Origin: Antedon mediterranea
Lineage: Eukaryota; Animalia; Echinodermata
Length of the DNA: 64,000 bases
Direction of reading: 5' to 3'
NCBI RefSeq assembly: GCF_964355755.1
Contig: NC_092672.1
Location: forward strand, 34,912,437-34,976,436
Below the pieces are notes generated by a model. It was not told where the DNA came from. It did not search any database and saw only the letters and a program-made list of their open reading frames with translations. A program made the position numbers and the translations under genes. Position 1 is the first letter of the stretch; each line of letters begins with the position of its first letter. Shown in pieces: positions 25,752 through 35,649 of the stretch.

Positions 25752-26621
25752 ATGAATATCTCCAATAATTCATCTTGTATTTCCAATTTGAGCAATTACT
25801 ATTACGAAATGTTTTATGAAAACGCACTTACAGCTATCATACCAGTGGTTTCAATAATTTGTATTTTGATTGTTCTTTTAAATGGTGTTGCAATATTTGT
25901 AATTCTTAGATCTAAAAAACTGCGAAAGAAACACAATGTTTTCATAGTGTCTTTGGCATTTGCAGATTGTGCCAATGGACTGATGTATTTTATAAGCTCG
26001 ATGTTATTAAACGTACAGTTCAGTGCGGTTTCAAACTTAATATTGGCCTCAATACTTTTTACGTCAACGCTTAACGTAAATTGCGTTGCTGTCGATCGTT
26101 ACATTGCGTTAGCATATGCCCCTTTACGTTACTCCGTTATCGTAACATTTAAACGTCAGTTGATAGTCTGTGCTACGATTTGGGTTGGACCCATGTTTAG
26201 CACACCTGCCTTATTTTACATTACTAACCCTTATTTCAATGTGGTAATAGCAGTACTTTTTCTTATAATTTTATTATTAACTATTCTTCTTTATTTTAAA
26301 ATTTATCACAGTATTTCCAAATCAGATCATTATCTCGCTTCAATGAATATTTCAAACGCAAAGAAGTCCAGAAAATTACTAAAAACCTGTTTAACAATAA
26401 CAATCCTGTATTGTCTTCTTTGGTTGCCATATCTTGTAATAAGTTGTCTTGTTGTTATACCAGGGCTAGCATGTTCCATTGGTATATTACTTACATATAT
26501 GAATTTCTTTTCTGGAAGTTTGGTTTTTATCAATTCTTTAACTAATCCTCTAATATATTGGTATAATTTACCAAATTTCCGAAACGCATTTTATGAAATT
26601 TGTGGAAGAAAAAGAAGTTAA
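25752..26621 (+). CDS. Intact intronless rhodopsin-class GPCR copy G (289 aa)
   Basis: Complete 7TM ORF with SLAFAD, VDRY, LWLP, NPLIY. Confidence 0.93.
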   Translation: MNISNNSSCISNLSNYYYEMFYENALTAIIPVVSIICILIVLLNGVAIFVILRSKKLRKKHNVFIVSLAFADCANGLMYFISSMLLNVQFSAVSNLILASILFTSTLNVNCVAVDRYIALAYAPLRYSVIVTFKRQLIVCATIWVGPMFSTPALFYITNPYFNVVIAVLFLIILLLTILLYFKIYHSISKSDHYLASMNISNAKKSRKLLKTCLTITILYCLLWLPYLVISCLVVIPGLACSIGILLTYMNFFSGSLVFINSLTNPLIYWYNLPNFRNAFYEICGRKRS

Positions 26622-27536
26622 AGTTACAAAATACAAGATACAGAACAAGATACAGAAATGAACAGAAATGTTGAAGTAAAAGTTCAAGATACAGGATTGA
26701 AAGAAAGAAATTACGGGAACATTTCCCAAGATACTTGCTTAAATAATTTTCCTGTTTGTAAAAGAAAATGCATCGCCTGGGCAAATTAAACATTTTTTTT
26801 CACGGACAACGTCTTTATCTGAAAACCCTGATATAAAAGTTTTGAGTCTCCTAACAGTGTTTAAATGGAGGATTTTCAAAAATTTATAACAGCTACGTAA
26901 TTTCTTAATTATATAAATGTTGCAGTAGGCTATTACTAACTTACGCTACTGTAATTAGTGTGTACTCGTAACAATCAGTCTTCATTTGGCATTGTACAAA
27001 CAACCAAAGCGATGTAAGACTGATTGGCCGCAAATTGCCGCAAATATTGTCTTTATCAATCTTCATGAAATCATGACAGTCGCCAGAAGAGTGTATTAAA
27101 ACATAAGGATATAAATTACATAGACAAAGGTAATTGAACGACTGATGATTGGCAGATCGCTCTTCAACTTTATTGAAATACATATCGGTATCATTTGTAA
27201 CGGCTTTTTAAATTTTTTTTTAAACTGTTACACTGCAGCAGTGCGGTACCGACTTAACTTGGATTGTCTAAAAGAAGATTCATTGTCTAAATTGTGTGAG
27301 TTACCAAGCCAAACTGTTCAACAAATTCGTTGAAAACCAGAAAGCACAGTAATGGTAACGCTGTTTCTGCAATAGTTTGTACAATCTATACTAAAGTACA
27401 TACGTATTTTAAGCTCGTTTAAATTATTTGACCAATTAAGCAAGAAGCTCCAAAACATCCTGCGGAAACTTATAAAGGAACATCAAACTACAATATTGAG
27501 GAAAAAAAGTTTGTTATTATATATTTAAGTGTTGCA

Positions 27537-28406
27537 ATGAACATCTCCGATAACGCATCTTGTGACAATTCCATTTATGGAAATTCTGAATTATTTTTTG
27601 AAAACGCAAGAGTTACTATCGTAACAGTTGTTTCAATAATTTGTATTTTTATTGTGCTTTTAAATGGTGTTGCAATATTTGTGATTCTTAGATCTAAGAA
27701 ACTGCGAAAGAAACACAATGTTTTCATCGTGTCTTTGGCATTTATAGATTGTGCAAATGGACTGACGTATTGTGTTTACGTAATCTTGCATTTCAATAAT
27801 TACGGTACAAATATCGTTTTAAACTCGTTAATGACGTCAATACTTCTTACATCATCGCTTAACGTAAATTGCGTTGCTGTAGATCGTTATATTGCGTTAG
27901 TATACGCTCCTTTACGTTACGATGTTGTCGTAACTACACACCGTCAGTTTACCGTTTGCGCTACAATCACTATTGGACCACTTTTTATAATACCGTTATT
28001 ATTCTATTTGACTACAGATTATTTTCATTTAGCATTATCAGCAACTAATACGGTGTTTTTATTGTTAACCGTTTGTCTTTATTTTAAAATTCATCACAAA
28101 ATTTCCAAATCAGATAATTATCTCGCTTCAATGAATATTTCAAACGCAAAGAAATCCAGAAAATTATTAAAAACCTGTTTAACAATAACCCTCTTATATT
28201 GCTTTCTCTGGTTGCCAAATCTTGTGTTAAATGCATTTATTTCTTTTCCAACATTAATATGTTCCATTGGTATATTATATACTTATTTGATTTTCTTCTC
28301 CGGTAGTTTGGTGTTTATAAATTCTTTGACCAATCCGATAATATACTGGTATAACTTACCTAATTTTCGAAACGCGTTTTTAAACATTTGTAACGTAAAT
28401 AATTGA
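27537..28406 (+). CDS. Intact intronless rhodopsin-class GPCR copy H (289 aa, most diverged intact copy)
   Basis: Complete 7TM ORF with SLAFID, VDRY, LWLP, NPIIY; W4.50 replaced by T. Confidence 0.92.
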   Translation: MNISDNASCDNSIYGNSELFFENARVTIVTVVSIICIFIVLLNGVAIFVILRSKKLRKKHNVFIVSLAFIDCANGLTYCVYVILHFNNYGTNIVLNSLMTSILLTSSLNVNCVAVDRYIALVYAPLRYDVVVTTHRQFTVCATITIGPLFIIPLLFYLTTDYFHLALSATNTVFLLLTVCLYFKIHHKISKSDNYLASMNISNAKKSRKLLKTCLTITLLYCFLWLPNLVLNAFISFPTLICSIGILYTYLIFFSGSLVFINSLTNPIIYWYNLPNFRNAFLNICNVNN

Positions 28407-29066
28407 ATTGATGATTTTGAGAACAAAATGTACGGTATTGTGTAAGTATTGTTAGATGATTAAATCAATATTATAAGCAACACATTTAGGCCTACACAGC
28501 AATTTTAGTGACATGTATTACTATTAGTAATCTATATTAATATTTATATATTATTGTGAAATTATCGCAGTTTAGTTTAACATGACTGTGAATTTAGCCG
28601 TGAAATTGTAATTCCGTACTATCACTGCACGTAAATATATCATTATCCTTGATTTGACATTAACGTTACTATAAAAAAAAGTGGATGAAGGTATGACGTA
28701 GTACATTGATCTACAAGCAGACGATATTTTTGTATGATTATACTGGTATGAACTTTGATCCCTCGTTTAAATGAATACAAAATCCGGCGGAAATTGTTCT
28801 CAAGTTCAGAGGCTATTGAGTGATTTGTGACTAGCCAAACAGTAAGTTATAATTGAAACGGCTTAAGTCAAGCGTAAGTATTTTGTTTTTTGAACTGGCA
28901 ATGCACCAACACGGTAGCAGTTCATTTCAGGGTGGTGCGTCAGCAATGTCTACAATGTCTAGGCCTACAAACTAGCAGATGTCATTCAAACGGATTGAAT
29001 ATAATGCTAATTTTGAATTGCGATTGTTGCAACTGTTTGAAAACATTATACTAACGTGCTTGGAAT

Positions 29067-30257
29067 ATGCGGATGTTAAAGGGAATTAAAAGATACATCA
29101 CGCTAGTGGTTGTAGTATGCTGTTGTGTCTGGTACGTCTTTCAATGGAAACCGTTGATAAAGCATAACAAGTTGATAAAACATGGAAAGAAACTAAGTCT
29201 TGCACAGCTGCCTAATATACATGGTGATCGCGAAAATCCTGACAGCATCAAATGGAGTTCAAACTCGGAGTTCGATAGATCAGGTAATAAAATGTTAGCA
29301 ATTAAAAAAGACGATGACGTTTCATCAAGCTTAGGCTCATCGTGGAAGTTCAACAATGACACCGCCAACCAAAAGTGGATTTATGAATGGAATGAAACTG
29401 TAGTCTATCAGGGACTACTTCCACTCGTCGATAGATTGAATGTTTATTCTGATGATATGCCAAGGATTATTTTTAATCGAGTTGGTAAATGCGGTAGCAG
29501 ATCCGTACTAGATATCTTTAGAAATCTTGCTGAAAGAAATCGGTTCAATATGATTGAATCGTTAGTGTATACGCAAAAAATTCTACCACCAGAAAAAGAA
29601 GAAATGGTGGCGCAGGTATTATCACAAATTCAACCACCTTATTTATTTCAAAGACACATGTATCATATTAATTTTTCATACTACAAACTTCAATCACCAA
29701 GTTATATAAACATAATTCGCGATCCTATTGCAAGATTTACCTCACAGTATTATTATAGAAGATTTGGAGATGGATTTCAAGAAAGAACTTGGACTTTTAA
29801 TGGAACTGAAAGAGAACGATACCAGACAATAAATGAATGTGTTCTTCGCGATCAGTACGAGTGTTCTAAGCGGCGGACTTTCTACATTATACCGTTCTTC
29901 TGCGGTAATGACCCTCGATGTAAACAGCCTACTGAATGGACGCTGAAACGAGCCATGGCAAACGTAAAACAAGATTTTAAAGTGGTCGGTTTGTTAGAAG
30001 AACTTCGCGATGTGTTTTTAGTTTTAGAGAAAACATGGCCAACAGTTTTCGGCGGCTCTGTTAAATTGTTGGAGCATCCAAGTGAAGGCCAAATGACGAA
30101 CCGAACCGCTGCTCTTACAAGGGCCAAAGAGAAACCTTCACCGAAAGTGACGGCTATACTAAAAGAACAGATGGATCTTGAATATAGATTTTATAGTTTT
30201 GTTAAAAGTCGTTTTCACGCGTTAAAACGGAAACTAGGAATTCGACATAAACTTTAA
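29067..30257 (+). CDS. UST: Uronyl 2-O-sulfotransferase-like Golgi type II membrane protein (HS2ST/UST family), single coding exon
   Basis: N-terminal TM anchor; 5'-PSB loop FNRVGKCGSRS (UST-type, not HS2ST VPKTAST); 3'-PB YINIIRDP..S.YYYRRFGD; FYIIPFFCG; VVGLLEE. Confidence 0.85.
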   Translation: MRMLKGIKRYITLVVVVCCCVWYVFQWKPLIKHNKLIKHGKKLSLAQLPNIHGDRENPDSIKWSSNSEFDRSGNKMLAIKKDDDVSSSLGSSWKFNNDTANQKWIYEWNETVVYQGLLPLVDRLNVYSDDMPRIIFNRVGKCGSRSVLDIFRNLAERNRFNMIESLVYTQKILPPEKEEMVAQVLSQIQPPYLFQRHMYHINFSYYKLQSPSYINIIRDPIARFTSQYYYRRFGDGFQERTWTFNGTERERYQTINECVLRDQYECSKRRTFYIIPFFCGNDPRCKQPTEWTLKRAMANVKQDFKVVGLLEELRDVFLVLEKTWPTVFGGSVKLLEHPSEGQMTNRTAALTRAKEKPSPKVTAILKEQMDLEYRFYSFVKSRFHALKRKLGIRHKL

Positions 30258-30647
30258 AATGTTTACTCGCAACGAATGCCTTAGTGTTGTAGTGTCCATT
30301 CAATTCCGTCTAATAGGCTTTCATTGTGTTAAATTATGCATAACTTTCAGAATTTCCATTGGAATGTATTACCGTAATGTGTTTTCTTTGCTTTAATATA
30401 TAAATTAAATAAAAGTGTGTGCTAGTTGATGGAAATTACATATGTTGTATATTTTATGGATGACTAGTGCTGGCAATGTGTCAAAATAGTTAACTCTTAG
30501 TGTCGTAGGTAAATCTAGGCTATTCATTTACAGAAATAACTTTGTATTGTATTCCAATATGTTATCATGAACGAATGCTTTTATGTTTATTTATATGTAT
30601 TTCCATGTAAAACAATTATTTATAATGGTGTAAAATTAATTATACAG

Positions 30648-30983
30648 GAACCTGGAAATGACCAGGACCCTTGGAATTACCAGGACCTTGGGAGTTACTA
30701 GGTCCTTGGTAATTATCAGGACCCTGGGAATGACCAGGACCCGGGGAATTACTAGGTCCTTGGTAATTATCAGGACCCTGGGAATGACCAGGACCCTTGA
30801 AATTACCAGGACCCTGGGAATTACTAGGTCCTTGGTAATTATCAGGACCCTGGGAATGAACAGGATCCCGGGAATTACTAGGTCATTGGTAATTACCAGG
30901 ACCCTGGGAAAGACTAGGACCCTGAAAATTATCAGAACCCAGGAGATGCCCAGGAGGACCCTGGGATGGACAACAACTAGTAA
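30648..30983 (+). repeat. 18-bp minisatellite (~17 units, consensus ACCAGGACCCTGGGAATT) with a 54-bp higher-order pattern
   Basis: Read directly from the sequence; gives the repetitive ORF 30658..31071. Confidence 0.9.
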
Positions 30984-31599
30984 ACGACCGACACGTGTGT
31001 TGCGTCGCGGGATTGACAGTTCTTGTGGTCATTCAACTTTATCCACGTCGACTCCATTGCACCTTGAATGAAAACGATACATTGTTGGTATGGTTAGAGC
31101 CTCTCAATTTCTGCCTTATTTTTTACATTAAGTTCTCGTCTGTTTGTTTTAATCTATTTGTATTGTTTTGGAATGGCAAAATAAATGTATTATGATTGAT
31201 CGTGTGCATTCATTAAATAATCATTAGGAGTGGTATGGCGATAACAACAAAATTATCAAGCTATTAGAAACCAATTTTAAAATCAGAAATTAGAAAAACA
31301 CTTGATACTAAAAATAGAATCGAGTATTGCAAAATGGCGAATATGGAAAATACTTATTTTTGTTAGGGTTCAATGGCGAATAACAATGATTTGTATAATA
31401 TTATACTTCGGTTTCAAACTTTTTGGCGTGGGATTTTCTTATGACGGGCTTTTTTATGTTCTAAATTTAAATTTGAAAAATCCAACTAAAATGATATCGA
31501 TGACGTCAGAGCTTTATTTGGAGATAAATGAGAAGTATTATAATTATATTAAGACTATTACGATTTGGTGACGTCATAATGATACTTATGATATTGCTA

Positions 31600-32270
31600 A
31601 AGTGAAAAAAACGTCGATAAGGAAAACAAGGATAGCGATAAAGTATTGATGCGACGGAAAATGACAACGATGGCGATAAATCGGATGACAATATGGGGAT
31701 AAAGACAACGAAGATGGCGAAAACCGACGATTAAGAAAATGATGACGAATATAAAACGAAGAAAAAAATAACAACGTTTGCGATAAATAAAACGACGAAA
31801 GAAAAATATCATAGATAGAAATAGATTTTGATTAAGAAAACGATGATTAATAAAATTTAAAGGCGGCGACGGTGATAAAGAAAACGGCAAATAATCAAAT
31901 GACGGTATGTCTACGATGGGTACGACGATAAAGAAGATATCGATGGCAATAAAGGAAACGATGAAGGAAAACAATTGTGGCGATACGAATCATGATGAAA
32001 AGGACGATTGAGAGAATGACGTCAACGATGGCGATTAAGAAAACGATGATTAATAAAATTAAACGGCGGCGACGGTAATAAAGAAAACGGCGACGACGGC
32101 GATAAAGAAAACGGCGACGACGGTGTGATAGAGAAAACGGCGACGACGGTGTGATAGAGAAAACGGCGACGATGGAGATACAGAAAACTGCGACGACGGC
32201 GATGATGATGAAGACTTTAAATAAAACGACAACGATTTCGAAATAGAACGATAAGGAAAAATCACGGACA
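31600..32270. repeat. Strand-asymmetric purine/ACG-rich degenerate tandem repeat
   Basis: Units like GATAAAGAAAACGGCGACGACGGC, clearest at 32065-32200. Confidence 0.75.
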
Positions 32271-32723
32271 CGATGCAAATAATTAAGATATCTGTATAAA
32301 TAGATGTTTAATAATAGTCCACATTCTGAGACTTAAATACAACATGCTCAAAGTAGTCCATTCACAATATATATTCAACTTCACCGATTTATTATATACA
32401 TTATATAATATCTCTTCTTAATACTATATTTGCCCGTTTACTAACCAGCACCCAAATCGAACTCGTAACAGAAAAAAATAATTAAATAACTATTTTTTCA
32501 GTAAGGAAATACAATGATTTTGAAACTACTCATAGAAGTGAAATATTTCGTAGATTTAAACGTGAAAGCAATCATCATAAAAACAATTTCATTTAAGTAG
32601 CAGAATGTGTTATCAATTCGCGAATATATAATCTATTGCTTTCAATTTACTTTAATGCATTTTCACAATCGAGAGCGAAGTAATGTTGCATATGTTGAAG
32701 AATCAATTATAAACCCAAGCTAA

Positions 32724-32893
32724 AGACGAGTTTCCACAAGGCGAATTTGTTCGCGCGAAAACCAAAATCGAAAGCGTCAGCTTATACGCATGCGTAATCA
32801 TGTTTCCATCTTCCAAATCCTTCTCTACGCTTGCGTATGAGCTGATGCTTTCGACGATCCGGGCGAACAAATTCGCCTAGTGGAAAATCGGCT
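32724..32893. mobile_element. ~170-bp MITE (PIF/Harbinger-like)
   Basis: TIR AGACGAGTTTCCACAAGGCGAATTTGTTCGC / GCGAACAAATTCGCCTAGTGGAAAATCGGCT, inner IR TCGAAAGCGTCAGCT..AGCTGATGCTTTCGA, flanks TAA and TGA. Confidence 0.75.
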
Positions 32894-33979
32894 TGAAAAG
32901 AAGTTGTGTTGACTTTTTAAAACATTTCAGACCACATGTGTATATCTTATTGTTAGTATTTAAATTTATAACATACATCCCTAATATGGGCCTGTCTGCA
33001 AAGAATAGGGTAGTTATAGTAATATACATTTTTATTTTATATCAAATTAGTAATCTCTGAATATTATTATAATTTACGTTCTATTAAAAAATGTATAAAA
33101 GGCAAAAATGACGCAAGGCTTGGATACTAAAGAGCAAACAACTTAATACTTTTAAAAATACACGCAATAATTATTTTCAAAAACAAGGATGGCCACACTA
33201 CAAACAGTTTTTACAATAAAATAACAATCTCATTTCAAGGTTATATTTAAATATTTACATATTAAGATACAAAAGTCATTTACTTTTTTTTTGTACAATT
33301 CGTGTCTTTTTATCCAGACACTAAAACCATTCCTAATAAAATACAGTTCGGTGGGTCGAGTCATTAATATACATATTAACATACAAGTTTACATCAGTAA
33401 TGATGGTACACACATTTTAAATATACAAGAAAGACAATTTAACATAAACAAACCATACTAATAATTAAGTGTATCATCCATATTTGTTATAAATATGAAA
33501 GAAATTAGAAAACATTTCAGAAAATGTATTGCTTAACTAACATAGGAATAATAAAATAACATAACTTCTACCAGTACCAACGCGGTATATAGTTTTGGTA
33601 TAAAATTGGAAGTTGAACAAATGGAAAACACCAACCAACCTTTTGGTAATTACAAAGGCTTTTTTGTCATGAGGCACCAAGATTTAGCAAGCACTTTGCT
33701 AGAGGAGTCATATTAGCACCCATAATATATGACATTTAATAGGCACTTATAGGGAATAGAATACAATCTGCAAGTTTTGCCAACTGTTGCAGAAGCTCCC
33801 AAATTTCTGGGAGTGAAATATTTAATGAAAAAGTATACAATCATTATAAAAAAAAATGTAAAACATATTATTAAAATCACTAACCACCTCATCAAATCAA
33901 TCTGTAATTTAAATATCCCTTGAGTAACTACTTATAAAAAATTAAGTGAGTAAATCGCTATTATCAACTGTGTCTTCAA

Positions 33980-35649
33980 TTAACACTGTGACGATCGTAA
34001 TTCCTTATGTAAAACAGGCTTTCCCCGAGGTGAACGAACTGTTCTAAAAGGCACGCCATTTATCTTTGCACTTCCGTTCAATGGATTCGTGCTCATTGAA
34101 TAATTAGATGAGCTTTGTCTCGATTGTCCACTTGTAGCACTGTGATTACTACAAGTTGGTGAGGGCGCACTAGGAGCGCTTGAGTTACCCGAGCATGTGG
34201 AGTCGACGCTACCTCTCCTGTTCGCTACATTCATTGGTGGTACATGGATGACGCTTGGAATGGATGACGTGGAAGAATATATACTGCTGTTAGTACTTTG
34301 TGAGCTTCCAGGACGGTTTAGATAATAGTTTGGTGGAGATGTCGGCCCACTGGATCCTTTCCTAGGTGATGAGACATTAGAGTTATTCCTGTTGATGGCT
34401 TCTTTGTAGTTTGGAGGTGATTTATATTGGAGTGGACTTTCACCAGATCCATTTGGTGGATTCGGCTTGATATATGGTGCCATAGGCTTTGATTTCAAAG
34501 CAACATTTCCTTTGCTGCTGTCAATCTTCTTGCTATTCTCCAGTTTTTTCTGTACTTTCTGCTTAGTATTCAATTTGTTGATCTTATTTACGGAATGGTT
34601 AGAGCTTAGCGATGTTTTTGATGTACTTTCTCCCAAGTCAACGTACTCAACATCACTTACTCGCGACTCAGAAATGCTTTTTAACGACTCACTAGCCTTT
34701 GCTGAAAAACTTGTTTCAATTTCGGCGGTCACAGACTCATGAGAATGTTTTTTAGACCTGGTTCCCATGTGCTGCATGACATCAACAGCATGCATATGTG
34801 GCATCGTATCCTTCAATATTTTCATCACAAATGAGTCACTTTCGCTGGAGGATGATGATCTTGATCCTTTTCTACGTGGACTTGAAGTGCTCATGACACC
34901 GTCTCCAGATCCACGCACCTTTGTACTTCTAAGACTTGGTTCATCTTCTATAAACCTGTGGCCAGCACTACCGATAGGGCTTTGTCTGGTAACGGGTTGT
35001 TTGTTCCTTGCTGGTGATGACTGCTTTAAGGTATGCAAATCCTCATCGCTCTGAAATCCAAGATTAACATTTCCAATGATATTCTTTGAAGACTTGCCGT
35101 TTGAAAGAAGCGATTCCTTAGAAGAGTAAGGCGATCTCACTGGTAGAACATCCAAAGTTCCATTTCTACTAAACTTTCCAACGGACACTTGTGAACTGTT
35201 CTCATCAACGTCGTACAACAATGATGCAATGTTTGGCGCCACCGTCGGAACATTAGGAGTCTTCCTTAACCCTTCATATGAAAGATTATTTTCAGACTTG
35301 ATCGATTTTGCCGGCAGTTTAGTAACTGGAGTTGTGATTGGTGCCAATGGAGTGTTACGATTTGCTTTTAGTGGCATTCTGTTGTACAAGCCTGCACTCA
35401 ATGGCGTGGATGTTTTAATCGGCAGTCTCCGTTTTGCCTTCAAACTCTTGACGGTACGTTCAACGGCAGGTTTGCGAGGCATCGGTGGCGTTCCAGTGAT
35501 GGAGTGACTGGAAATGATGGACTGTCCGGACATGGCACCTATAGATCTTCCAGATAATCCTGACATCGATGTGCCTGAATGTGAAGAACCAATACTTTCC
35601 ATCGATGATGATCTTTCTAGTGGCAGAGAGGTAGGAGCAGCAGCTGGAT
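33980..35649 (-). CDS. TTC28: TTC28 terminal exon (Ser/Pro-rich disordered tail)
   Basis: Acceptor TTTTTTGCAG, phase 1, (D)PAAAPTSLPLERSSSMES... to stop at 33980. Confidence 0.9.

Noticed and set aside
31586-32278. Arg-rich or hydrophobic minus-strand ORFs
   Set aside because: By-products of the low-complexity purine-rich repeat.
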